Source: Candidatus Poribacteria bacterium
GTDB taxonomy: Bacteria; Poribacteria; WGA-4E; PCPOR2b
Assembly: GCA_965215015.1 (NCBI GenBank)
Contig: OZ244042.1
Span: 5,216,001-5,280,000 of the forward strand
Reading direction: 5' to 3'
Length of the DNA stretch: 64,000 nucleotides
Under the pieces are notes generated by a model. It was not told the DNA's origin, did no database searches, and saw nothing but the letters and a program-made list of their open reading frames with translations. The translations under genes and the position numbers were made by a program. Shown here piece by piece: positions 21,524 through 31,720 of the stretch. Position 1 is the stretch's first letter, and each line of letters opens with the position of its first letter.

Positions 21524-21603
21524 CTAACTTACCCCCATTTTTTACAGAGTTGTAATGTTGCTTGTTTTTGAGAGGTATAGATGTGAGGAAGGGTTGTCAG
21601 ATT
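21524..21603 (+). repeat. Isolated duplicate of the left end of the IS element at 21810
   Basis: cttacccccattttttacagagttgtaatgttgcttgtttttgagaggtatagatgtgag.aagggttgtcag, near-identical to ~21814-21887. Confidence 0.9.
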
Positions 21604-21809
21604 ATGACTCACATTCACATCTAAACGACGAGATAGGTGTGAGGTAGGTGCCTCCTTATTGCCTGAATAGCGGCTTCAATGGGTGAAGGGGTTGACACGG
21701 ATTCTTGCCCCGATGTCAAAGGCATCTGAATCAGGATTTTCAGAATTTAAGGATTCATAGGATTAGGTAATCCACGTTTACATCTAAACGGCGGATTCAA
21801 TGGGTGAAT

Positions 21810-22304
21810 CTCACTTACCCCCATTTTTTACAGAGTTGTAATGTTGCTTGTTTTTGAGAGGTATAGATGTGAGAAAGGGTTGTCAGATATGGTAAAATAC
21901 CTCTACCGCTATTATAAGCGAAGAATGCAGATTGAACACGGCTTTCGGGACATCAAGACCGGTTTTGGCTCTGGCAGCTTGAGACTGAAAAAACCGTCAA
22001 AATCTCGCATCAACCTGTTATGGCTCTTCGCTTGTATCAGTTATGGCTTACTGTTTATCACCTATCAAAAGTCAGGCGATCGATGGGCAAAAGCATTCAA
22101 CACACGGACAAAAATCTACTCACTGATTACGGTGATAAAGCGCGTGGGGGCGGAGGCGTGGCGCGGGTGGTGTCTCAATCCATGCTTCACACTCCCACTG
22201 TGCAGGGGAGATACATACAAACACACTTAATGACAACTATTCTCACTATCCTAACTCATAAAAATAAATCAAATCTATAACCAAAAAAAATGGGGGTAAA
22301 TGAG
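21810..22304 (+). mobile_element. Internally deleted IS4-like element (TIRs plus C-terminal DDE transposase fragment 21841-22230)
   Basis: TIRs CTCACTTACCCCCATTTTTT / AAAAAATGGGGGTAAATGAG; YKRRMQIEHGFRDIK (YREK-type) motif. Confidence 0.8.
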
Positions 22305-22464
22305 TATGAGAATTCGCTTGATCTTCGTGTGAATTTTTGATAAACTAAACATGGAACGCGCGTTAGTGTATGGGTTGATTGATTCATTAATTAGGATTTA
22401 CCCACTTGAGTTTGTAGGCAATTCAACCCGCATCACGATAGACCCTAAATCTCCTGACAGGAGT

Positions 22465-22700
22465 CGGCATACGCCGTATGCTGTCCCCTACCCCCCCGCA
22501 AGCGGAGGGGAAGGAACGCAAGCGAGGGGAAATCGGCTCAATGCGTCTGTCTCCCAAGCCCCCCTCAGTCCCGAATACCCACACGGTATCAGACCGTTCT
22601 AGGTTCAATGAGCCAGGAACTGGCGGACAACCCACCGGGTATTTAGCAGGGGGAGGGCACGCGGAGCGTGTCTACTCTTTTGGGATTCGCTGTCGCTGCC
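22465..22700 (+). repeat. Composite intergenic repeat (REP palindrome + CCCCCCGCAAGCGG + family A)
   Basis: Shares several blocks with 53636-53810. Confidence 0.8.
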
Positions 22701-23221
22701 CGATGAATCGGGTGTTGTGACACATGTTCACCGCATCTGTAATGGTAGCGTAGAGCCTACTCTCGCTGAAATCCGGGGTGCCTCAACTGCTAAATGCACC
22801 CACATTGGCCTTCTGTCGGTTGATTTTCCAAAATCGAGGCTATAGACATTTGGGTGTCGAGATATGAATATAGACAGACAAGGCGTCGAGGGTTCGACGG
22901 CGTCAGTCCTAAATGTACGAATGAACTGTTGAACGATGTGAAAACGACAACCTCACCAACTCGCACCAAAGATTATAGGTTCCGTTCAACGCAACCTACG
23001 TGCTCAATCGCGGATTGGGCGGATTAAAGGATTGCACGGATTAGATTGGGTAAATGGATTGGGCAAGATGCCTAACCTTTGGGAATTGAGGTTCCGGTGG
23101 GGCGAAAGGTAGAGGGGGGAGCCCCCCGAAAATTGACGGATTTTTTAATAGGTTGTCACTCAGGTTAAAAATCTATTCAGGGGAACGCCTTAAGACTTTT
23201 AAGCATTCTGTGAGGGAAAAT

Positions 23222-24817
23222 ATGAGTAAAAATAAAAAGCCGAATATACTTTTAATTTTGAACGATGACATGGGCTATTCGGACCTCGGGTGTTACGGTG
23301 GTGAGATTCACAGTCCAAATCTGGATCGGCTAGCTGGTAGTGGATTGCGGTTCACACAGTTCTATAATACTGCCCGTTGTTGTCCCTCTCGTGCTTCGAT
23401 GCTGACTGGACTCCACCCGCACCAGACAGGGGTTGGACACATGATGTCAGATGATGGTCTGGAGGGGTATCGCGGGGATTTGAATAACCGCTGTGTTACT
23501 ATCGCTGAAGCCCTTAAGCCTGCGGGCTATCGGACCTACATGAGCGGCAAGTGGCATATCTCACGACACACGGATCCGGACGGACTGAAACACAGTTGGC
23601 CCCTTCAGCGTGGCTTTGATTGCTATTTCGGCATCATCACAGGAGCTGCCAACTATTGGAAGCCGAACACACTGACCCGGGATAATGAGCATATTCCACA
23701 CGACGAAATCCCCGAAGGCTTTTTTCTAACTGACGCTATTAGTGATGAGGCGTCTGCGTTTATCCGGAATCATGCCGAGGAAACTGCTGATCAACCGTTC
23801 TTTACCTATGTTGCCTACACCTCGCCCCATTGGCCCCTCCATGCCCATGACGAAGATATTGCACGATATGAGGGGCGTTTTGCGGCGGGTTGGGATCAAC
23901 TCCGCTTGGAACGGTTGCTGCGGATGCGGGAGATGGGAATCCTTGATGAAAGCTGGTCGTTGAGCGATCGAGACCCGACGCAGCCGCCTTGGGAGGAAGC
24001 GGAGCATAAAGCGTGGAATCAGCGGCGGATGGAGGTCTACGCGGCTCAAATTGATCGCATGGATCGGGGGATTGGTCGAATCCTGACAACATTGGAAGAG
24101 ACGGATCAGTTGGACAACACGCTAATCCTTTTCTTAGCTGATAACGGAGGGTGTGCGGAGGAGCTTCAGGGCCCTGCGAATCGTGTCGGAAAGGATGGCT
24201 TAATCGAGACCGAAACCACCCACGACGGGCAACCGGTGTATCGAGGCAACGATCCGAGCCTCATGCCGGGGCCTGAGACTACGTATCAGAGTTACGGGGT
24301 TCCTTGGGCGAACCTTTCCAACACCCCTTTCCGCGAATACAAGCACTGGGTACATGAGGGGGGCATTGCTACCCCGCTCATCGTGCATTGGCCCGATCGG
24401 ATTCAAACGGCGGGGGTGCTGCGCCATCAGCCGGGGCAACTCCCCGACATCATGGCGACCTGCCTTGAAGTCTCTGGGGCATCCTATCCCGATGAATATA
24501 ACGGGGTTCCGATCTTTCCCTTGGAGGGGACTAGCCTCACGCCTATCTTTGACGGGGAGAATAATGACAGAGACGCACTTGTGTGGGAGCATGAGGGCAA
24601 TGCAGCACTGCGAAAAGGGAAGTGGAAGCTGGTTCGTAAGTATCCGGGGGATTGGGAACTTTACGATATGGAGACTGACCGCACCGAGCGCAACAACCTT
24701 TCTGGGCAGTTTCCAGAGCGAGTTCAGGAACTGAGTGAGCGGTATCAGGAGTGGGCAGATCGCTGTTTTGTTGAACCTTGGGGCGAGATTTTGGAAGGGA
24801 GAAAAACGGAGGCTTAA
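23222..24817 (+). CDS. Arylsulfatase (Cys-type formylglycine sulfatase)
   Basis: PNILLILNDDMGYSD, CCPSRASMLTG, GKWH, PHWPLHA, DNG. Confidence 0.95.
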   Translation: MSKNKKPNILLILNDDMGYSDLGCYGGEIHSPNLDRLAGSGLRFTQFYNTARCCPSRASMLTGLHPHQTGVGHMMSDDGLEGYRGDLNNRCVTIAEALKPAGYRTYMSGKWHISRHTDPDGLKHSWPLQRGFDCYFGIITGAANYWKPNTLTRDNEHIPHDEIPEGFFLTDAISDEASAFIRNHAEETADQPFFTYVAYTSPHWPLHAHDEDIARYEGRFAAGWDQLRLERLLRMREMGILDESWSLSDRDPTQPPWEEAEHKAWNQRRMEVYAAQIDRMDRGIGRILTTLEETDQLDNTLILFLADNGGCAEELQGPANRVGKDGLIETETTHDGQPVYRGNDPSLMPGPETTYQSYGVPWANLSNTPFREYKHWVHEGGIATPLIVHWPDRIQTAGVLRHQPGQLPDIMATCLEVSGASYPDEYNGVPIFPLEGTSLTPIFDGENNDRDALVWEHEGNAALRKGKWKLVRKYPGDWELYDMETDRTERNNLSGQFPERVQELSERYQEWADRCFVEPWGEILEGRKTEA

Positions 24818-24818
24818 G

Positions 24819-25706
24819 ATGATTCTCACGATGAACCAAAAAGGGATGGAATTGGGCGGAAAGTACCTCGGTTGGCTGCGTGAAGCGAACGCCTTACTTG
24901 GCGATCGCGAGGCACTTCACGCGCGATTAGAGGAGGATGGCTATCTGCTGATTCGCGGTTTGCACGACCCGGAGAAGGTCAAAGCAGCCCGCCGATTCCT
25001 CCTCGAAAAGTTGGACGAAAATGGGCAGCTCGACCGCGCATACTCGCTTTTGGAAGGGGTGCCGGCGGAAGGCAAACGTGGCATGTTTATGGGTGGAAAC
25101 AAAGCCGTCACCCATCAGCCCCCTTTTCTGAATCTGGTCGAATCGCCGGAGATTATGGATTTTTGTGAAGGCTTCTACGATGCGCCCGTTATCACCTACG
25201 ATTATAAATGGTTGCGTGTGGTTGGTCCAGGGGGGTTCACCGGCGCACACTACGACATCGTCTACATGGGACGTGGCACGCAACGGCTCGTCACCTGTTG
25301 GACGCCGCTCGGCGATGTGCCCCTCGACATGGGCCCGTTGGTGATTCTGGTCGGCTCCCACCGTTTTGAGGCTCTCAGGGAGACTTATGGAAAGATGGAT
25401 GTTGATCGGGACCATGTAACCGGCTCATTCTCGTATGATCCGATTGAATTGGCGGATCGCTACGGTGGGCGGTGGGGTACGAGTTCGTTTGAGATGGGGG
25501 ATGTGCTGATTTTCGGTATGTTCACCATGCACGGATCGTTAGACAACACAACCCATCGTTTCCGTCTCAGCACGGACACCCGCTATCAGCGCGCCGATGA
25601 GCTAGTAGATGAACGTTGGATTGGGGAAGCTCCGATCGCACATTATGCTTGGACGAAGGGTGAAACGGTGCCGATGGAGGAGATGCGGAAGCGGTGGGGT
25701 GTCTAG
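24819..25706 (+). CDS. Phytanoyl-CoA dioxygenase (PhyH) family Fe(II)/2OG oxygenase
   Basis: EDGYLLIRG, TGAHYD, TCWTPLGD, GSH, GDVLIF..MHGS..RLSTDTRYQ; starts immediately after the sulfatase stop. Confidence 0.9.
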   Translation: MILTMNQKGMELGGKYLGWLREANALLGDREALHARLEEDGYLLIRGLHDPEKVKAARRFLLEKLDENGQLDRAYSLLEGVPAEGKRGMFMGGNKAVTHQPPFLNLVESPEIMDFCEGFYDAPVITYDYKWLRVVGPGGFTGAHYDIVYMGRGTQRLVTCWTPLGDVPLDMGPLVILVGSHRFEALRETYGKMDVDRDHVTGSFSYDPIELADRYGGRWGTSSFEMGDVLIFGMFTMHGSLDNTTHRFRLSTDTRYQRADELVDERWIGEAPIAHYAWTKGETVPMEEMRKRWGV

Positions 25707-26168
25707 TTGTGTTGGGTGGTAATGGCATCCGACCAGTCGAATCGTTTTGCCCATACTCCCGCTGGCAAGTGTACTCCCATCTAGAGGAAACGCCACGGAA
25801 AGCCCCAATCCGTGTGCCTCTCCACGGTCTGCTGGAGTTCCCCCTCGAAAGCCTGCGCTGTGCATAAACTCGATTTCCTCTTACCATCGAGGGGTGATTG
25901 GCTTTTTGCTTTTCATCGCTAATCTCCTGAATCGCTATGCTCCCTCAAGCAGTCATAGAACGCTGTATCCGCGCTTGCTGCTTTTTTTCTACAGCGGGAT
26001 TCGAGTGCCACTGCCGCTGCGAGCACCTGGGCAGGTGTTTTCATTCTTTTACACGCTGCGACCCATACCAACACTGCACCAAAGGAAGCACCGGTAGCGG
26101 TATCCCAAGGCGACCGTGAAAACGTTTCACGACGGCGTTTCCATCAGTTTCGTTTTATTCCCGATCTA

Positions 26169-26558
26169 TCAGGATTGCGGTGCTTCCCACTTGATGATAC
26201 CGACTTGATTGTAGACCGTTACACGGTTGGCAACTTTACCCGCAGAGAGACGAATCCCCTCTTTGCCCGATGGATTACGGACAATGACACGATTGGCTAG
26301 TTCACTAGTGCGTAAGAGAACCGCAGGCTCACCCAACTTATCGGCAACATCGATACTATTTCCCGTTTCATCGGCACGTAAAACAATTGCCGGTGCCCCT
26401 GACCTATTGACCACCGTTAGCCCGGTGCATTGAATATCACCGAACACGCCATCCCCTTGTGCGATTAGAGGCCGTGAAACGATAGCACCGACACCTATCC
26501 CAATGAGCATAATCACGGCACCCAATACGGTGTAGAAACACTACTGTTTATGATTCAT
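26169..26558 (-). pseudogene. Secreted hypothetical protein with an amber codon at position 6
   Basis: GGAGG RBS then ATG AAT CAT AAA CAG TAG TGT..., in frame with ORF 26169-26525 (signal-like hydrophobic stretch, beta-repeat body). Confidence 0.6.
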
Positions 26559-26576
26559 TGGAGGGTGCCTCCGTCC

Positions 26577-26810
26577 CTACAGTGTGTTGGACGCAGCAGC
26601 GGATTGGGCTTCGCGGTCTCGCTCTGCCCGTTCCCTTGCCTGTTTAAGGCGTTTCAGATTCTCCTCACACGGCGAACAGTCCTCTTCGACTTGCAGTCCA
26701 ACCTGTTGGGGAGCGGGAACACCGGGAAAGTTGTCTGTTGCATACGCAATGAACAAACCCACAACGACCAAGAAACAGAATACCCCCCACGTAATCAGAA
26801 ACACTTTCAT
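26577..26810 (-). CDS. Small membrane-anchored/secreted protein with CxxC
   Basis: N-terminal hydrophobic helix, CSPC, charged helical tail; ATGA overlap with upstream gene; GGAGG RBS. Confidence 0.7.
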   Translation of the reverse strand: MKVFLITWGVFCFLVVVGLFIAYATDNFPGVPAPQQVGLQVEEDCSPCEENLKRLKQARERAERDREAQSAAASNTL

Positions 26811-27987
26811 TGAGAAACCTCCTCTCTACCCGCCCGACTGCGTAGCCGTTCGACTTGTTCGGCAATCTCTGGGTCGCTTTCTTTCAGACGGCGGAGCCCT
26901 TCTTCGGTACCATACCGCTCCAAAGTGGACATGGCCCACTCGAACCGTTCTGATGAAAACTGTTCTTTCAGTGAGGTTTCAAAAGCTTCTATGGTGGGAA
27001 GATCGGTTGGTACTTGGGGCACATCGGTCAACCCCGGTGCCGGTGTTGCTGCGGCCTCAGTTTCGGGGGTGGGAATTGTGGGGGGGCTAAAGCATCCGTC
27101 GCTGGCGAGGACATACTTGGGCTTTTCCCCGTCGTTGCGTCAGAAGATACCGAAGGATTTTTCATAACGGACGATAGGTCCCACGAAGGTGCGGCCCCCT
27201 GTGACTCGGGTACATCACCTCCTGCTGCCTCTGCAGCAGCGACAATACTGGCTGCGTTTCGCTGCACGTCGGATACCCATATCAAAGTTGGGTTGCTTTC
27301 CACGCCTTCCCGCTCAATTAGGCGATACCCATCGAAACCGTCACCAAAACGCCCAAAGAGCCATGGGGCATACCGTTTGTCTTTGCTTTTAAGCTCGCGT
27401 ACTACTTTCATACGTTGCATTGCTGCTGCTATTGGGTCTGTCAGGTCTACCGGCTCTTGAGAAAGAAATAGCTTTGCCATTTTTAGACGCATCTCTGGGT
27501 CATAATCTACCGGTTCCCCCGTGGGAAAGTATTTACGGAACATCTCAGGGAACTCCCGTGTTACCGAGAGCCCTTGCGATTCCAAAAAGTTATTCCATTT
27601 TCGGAAACTAGGGCCATTTATCCGCATGTCTTTCAGATACTCCAAAAGCTCCGGCGAATCCATAGCCTTGAGTAATTGTTGCGCGCGGGGGGTTGCGAGC
27701 CCCTCTTCGCTATGTATGGACGTAAAATTACGTTTGCCGCGCCGTGCGATTCTTTCCTCAGGGGTTAACTGTTCTTCTCCCGGATTTCCATCGGGATTTT
27801 GAGCAGGTGTCACTCTATTGTTGATAGGGGACCCCGATTGGTATTCGCTACTGGAATTCTCATGCGTTGAGATCCTCCTGTCCTTATGCTCTTTTAAGAG
27901 AAACCACGCCGATACACAAAGGGCTATCCCTATCAACAGCGCGCTGAATACATAAACTGAATTTGTCAACGTTGATTTGGTTTTCAT
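26807..27987 (-). CDS. Membrane-anchored hypothetical protein, frameshifted at a C7 run (27080-27086)
   Basis: ORF from MKTKS (27987, AGGAGG RBS) continues as TIPTPETEAAATPAPGLTDVPQ...LERYGTEEGLRRLKESDPE if one C is added. Confidence 0.7.
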
Positions 27988-28412
27988 CGGTCTCAACCTC
28001 CTAAAGAAGGAGACAGAATTTTCGTTCTGCCACTTTGTTGAAAACAGCTTCTTCTCCTCGTGCCATCGCTTCTCTCTGCAAACAAAAAAGGGCTGCCTAC
28101 TCAAATCACACAGTCCCTCCCGTTTCGATCGAAATCAATGGCAAAAAAGGTGTATACTTACAATAAAGATAAAGAAGTGGTTTGAGGCCTCGTCTCAAGT
28201 TACTTCCGGGGGCTTCGAGCCGCTAACTCGAGATTTCCATAATCTATTGTACATCATTTGCCATCATTTGCAAATATCTGTCAACCGTTTTTATTCGATT
28301 GTAGCGTATCAAAAACACCTGCCCCCTTCCTCAAAACGCCATACAAGCGCAAATACCTCCTTTTTATGCCCTGCCTACTGTGCGCGATCCGCTTTTGCAT
28401 AATGCGCCGGCA

Positions 28413-28595
28413 TCTGACTCGACTTCCGCCTGCCCTCTACCTTCATATCCACCATCGACGCCCCCAAGACCCCCTAACCCCCCGCAAGCGGAGGGAAACG
28501 CAGGGAGGGGGAGACAGACTCATTGAGCCTAGAACGGACGAACAACCCACTCTGACTCGACTTCCACCTGCCCGCCACCTGCATATCCACCACCG
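28413..28595 (+). repeat. ~45-bp imperfect direct repeats flanking a REP/family A fragment
   Basis: tctgactcgacttcc.cctgccc...acct.catatccacca at 28413 and 28551. Confidence 0.8.
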
Positions 28596-28796
28596 TCCCA
28601 CCCCACACTCACCGAGCGTATCACAAAACTATTCACCAAGTTCAGCGCGAACGACGTCGACTGTTAGGAGACTCGGCAAGATTGTTAGGTGAACACCTAA
28701 CAACTTTGGTTCAAGCGGTTTTAAAACCGTGGAACCGCGACACACTCCAAAAAAAGAGGAATCCAAGGACTTTTGAAGATACCCTCCTGTTTCGGG

Positions 28797-30029
28797 TTAT
28801 CGGGATTTTCGGCTATTTCGTTTCTGGGGTGTAGGAGACAGCGTTTCATCGGTGTTTGGGGTAAGTTTCGGTTTGATCCCTTTCACTATGTCCTCCGGGT
28901 CAGGCAACGACAGCATACCCTCGAGACTATCGGGCGGGACTGACCCCTCCAGTTCCACTTCGATTCCTTCAGGCGCGAACTGCTTTTGGAGGTCCGCGCG
29001 GTCCTGCGGTGCAGGCTTGACCCCCTGAGATAGATCCGATGGCTCGCGTGGCATATCAGATCGAAGAGAGGGATTTTCCTTGCTTGCCCCATCGGAATCA
29101 GATTCCACCACCGGCACGGCGTCCGAAACCGGGGCTGCGGGCCCGTTACGGAGCGAATCTATCCTCTCATGCTGCCCGACCGACAAAAGCACACTATAAT
29201 CTCGCGCCCATTTCGGCATTGGAGGCTGTCCCGTTTCGCTTTCATCGGGCAGAAAACGCACACGCACCGGTGGTTTATCAGACATAGCCGGTTTTTGAGT
29301 AGGGGGTATTTCTTCGTTAGGTGAGGGGATATAAAACTCTCCAGCCGCTAGCTTGTGCTCTACTTCTTGCATCGAAATGCCATACACACGCGCTATATTC
29401 AGTTTGTCTTCTTTTAAGCGGAGTGCTGCATCTTCTCCATTGGCTATCCGTTTCTCAAGTTCCGCTACAGAAATGCCTAACGTGCGAGCTCGGAAGATTT
29501 TCTCTGCCTGTTTTGCATAGTCGAAAGGGTCTACTCCCACAGGCACCTCCACGGCATCTATAATGCCGGAGACAACGGGGGCATACGGATCGAGTTCTGA
29601 ACGTGAGATAGCATCACCATCTTGATACTCCCACCCCCGCAGCACCTCCACCTCATGTATTTTCCCATCGGGGGTTTGGACTTGCTGCATCACCATATCC
29701 TCTCGACTTAATGGAATTGTTTCGATGAGTTGATCCCCGTTGGTAGGCATCTGCCAAATATCCCGCTTACCGAACGACTCAATAGAGGTATGGACAGGTG
29801 AATGTCCAATGCCTGTATGCCTATTGGTTGATGGGAGATTCCCAACAGAGGAAGAGCGATGTTTATCTCCAGCATTGAGAGACAGATTCAGTGCTTCAGA
29901 TTCTTGGATAAACGCCTCGAACTCAACGTGATTGTGATAAATCGTGAGGACAAGATAACCGCCAGAAACAAACGCAATGATACAAATCGCAATAATATAG
30001 GGTGTAAAACGACGATTAACCATTTTCAT
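28797..30029 (-). CDS. Membrane-anchored hypothetical protein (N-terminal TM, Pro/Ser-rich tail)
   Basis: 410-aa ORF, AAGGAGG RBS, architecture like 26807-27987. Confidence 0.8.
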   Translation of the reverse strand: MKMVNRRFTPYIIAICIIAFVSGGYLVLTIYHNHVEFEAFIQESEALNLSLNAGDKHRSSSVGNLPSTNRHTGIGHSPVHTSIESFGKRDIWQMPTNGDQLIETIPLSREDMVMQQVQTPDGKIHEVEVLRGWEYQDGDAISRSELDPYAPVVSGIIDAVEVPVGVDPFDYAKQAEKIFRARTLGISVAELEKRIANGEDAALRLKEDKLNIARVYGISMQEVEHKLAAGEFYIPSPNEEIPPTQKPAMSDKPPVRVRFLPDESETGQPPMPKWARDYSVLLSVGQHERIDSLRNGPAAPVSDAVPVVESDSDGASKENPSLRSDMPREPSDLSQGVKPAPQDRADLQKQFAPEGIEVELEGSVPPDSLEGMLSLPDPEDIVKGIKPKLTPNTDETLSPTPQKRNSRKSR

Positions 30030-30211
30030 AACCTCCTTCTCTTATTTGCTCTTATTTGTGAAAAACGGTCTAACCACCGCAGTTGGCATTCAAGCATACC
30101 CAAGTGGGACCCCATTCCGAAAAATCATACATCCAAAATCGCTTCTCGACTTCAGCAACAGTATCCTGTTGCCTTTTTTTGTTTTCATTCTGTCTCTGCC
30201 TCCGGCTGAAA

Positions 30212-31720
30212 TTATCCCTTATCAAATAATCCCATTTGGTCAGTCGTTGATTTGCCTCTAATGAGAGGTGTATCAAACTGCTTTCCTTGAAGAATTTCAG
30301 AGACGCTAAGCACCTGCAGGCGGGGATATTGCTTTCCATCTATAGAAATCGTGCCTTTCGTCCAACAGAAATCTTGGAAATGCTGCTTTTGGATGCGTCC
30401 AAGCGTTTTTAGTGTAATGAACCCACCCATTGGAAAGTCTTTTTCGTCAATAACACCCGCTAAAGCGCGTAAAGATTCAATCCGAACCTGCTTCGTTCCC
30501 TTGACTTCAAGTTTCATTGCTTTTAAGTCCTCACTGTCTTGAAAATAGAGTCTCCCATCAACGCCACCATCGTTTGATTTTTTCGCAGTGACAAAACCAT
30601 CAACCATCTCGACTGCCCATTTCTGAAATTGATACGGGTCACGTTTGTGGAGGTCATTTGCCCCTTCCAGCGTTTGTGGAATACCACTGATTTCGTAGTC
30701 AACCCCTTCTGTGAGATCACATCTTTCCTGTAAGCGAACTGCACTGACACGCTTGATAGCGTGAATCGCCATGTCTATACCTATCCATTGCCGATTGAGT
30801 TTGTGAGCTGCCTCCATTGTCGTACCACACCCACAAAACGGGTCAAATATAATATCACCCTCATTACTACTTCCCTTTATGATTCGTTCAAGTAGTGCAA
30901 GAGGCTTTTGGGTTGGATAACCCATGCGTTCTTTTGCTTGACTATTGATAATGTTTATATCGTTCCATGTGTCATGCATCCGAACATTAGAATCAGCCTC
31001 CCTATCAACAATAACATCGTAATCTCCCTCTTTTATCTTCTTTTTTGCTTTTCTGCGATCATATACGATGAGTTGTTTCACATCATTAGGACGATTCACT
31101 TGATAACCTTTTTCAATCTTCTTTTTCTTATTTTCGGAAGATTGAAATTGCTGATTGAAATTATACTCATCTGTTTTTGAATAGAACAAGATAGTATCGT
31201 GATTACGCTGATAGGATTTTGTTATACTACTCCATTTGCTGTAATGCCAAATTATTTCATTGCGAAAGTTCTTCTGCCCAAACACACCATCCATAACAAC
31301 CTTGATATAGTGGCTTGCGGTCGGGTCACAGTGCAAATAGATGCTACCCGTCGGTCGGATCAAAATTTTCATCTGCAGCAACCGCTCGGTCATGTATGAG
31401 AGATAGGCAAGTAGTTTCGGATTGGTATGTCTGAGGGCATTCATCCAGTTTCTCCAGAACTTTGCGACTGAATCATCAATCCCTCCCTTCACCATTATTT
31501 CCGGCACGGATTTGATTGCACGCTCGGTTTCCTCATCAAGTGTCCATAAATCGCAAAATGCTTCTATTTGGTCGGGTAGGGGTCTGCCTGTTTCGTCCTT
31601 GTAGATAGCATTGTAAGCGCGATTGGAATTAAAGGGCGGGTCGAGATATATCAGGTCAACGCTGTCCTTGGGCATCTGTTGCATGACTCGGAGACAGTCG
31701 CCGTAGTAGAGTTTGTTCAT
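30212..31720 (-). CDS. N6-adenine/N4-cytosine DNA methyltransferase (beta class) with C-terminal Mrr-like nuclease domain
   Basis: LYYGDCL, DLIYLDPPF, GSIYLHCD, YPTQKP, FDPFCGCGTT; C-terminal FQKWAV..DGGVDG..EVKG. Confidence 0.9.
   Translation of the reverse strand: MNKLYYGDCLRVMQQMPKDSVDLIYLDPPFNSNRAYNAIYKDETGRPLPDQIEAFCDLWTLDEETERAIKSVPEIMVKGGIDDSVAKFWRNWMNALRHTNPKLLAYLSYMTERLLQMKILIRPTGSIYLHCDPTASHYIKVVMDGVFGQKNFRNEIIWHYSKWSSITKSYQRNHDTILFYSKTDEYNFNQQFQSSENKKKKIEKGYQVNRPNDVKQLIVYDRRKAKKKIKEGDYDVIVDREADSNVRMHDTWNDINIINSQAKERMGYPTQKPLALLERIIKGSSNEGDIIFDPFCGCGTTMEAAHKLNRQWIGIDMAIHAIKRVSAVRLQERCDLTEGVDYEISGIPQTLEGANDLHKRDPYQFQKWAVEMVDGFVTAKKSNDGGVDGRLYFQDSEDLKAMKLEVKGTKQVRIESLRALAGVIDEKDFPMGGFITLKTLGRIQKQHFQDFCWTKGTISIDGKQYPRLQVLSVSEILQGKQFDTPLIRGKSTTDQMGLFDKG

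Noticed and set aside
25747-26160. ORFs between PhyH and the orphan cluster
   Set aside because: No convincing start or motif; probably decayed sequence.
28200-28235. tRNA-like T-arm (GGCTCGAAGCCC on the minus strand)
   Set aside because: No cloverleaf, acceptor stem or CCA end.
30070-30339. 89-aa ORF ending CLNANCGG as a RiPP precursor
   Set aside because: Overlaps the methyltransferase 3' end, has no RBS and no modifying enzymes nearby; at most a remnant of a truncated gene.
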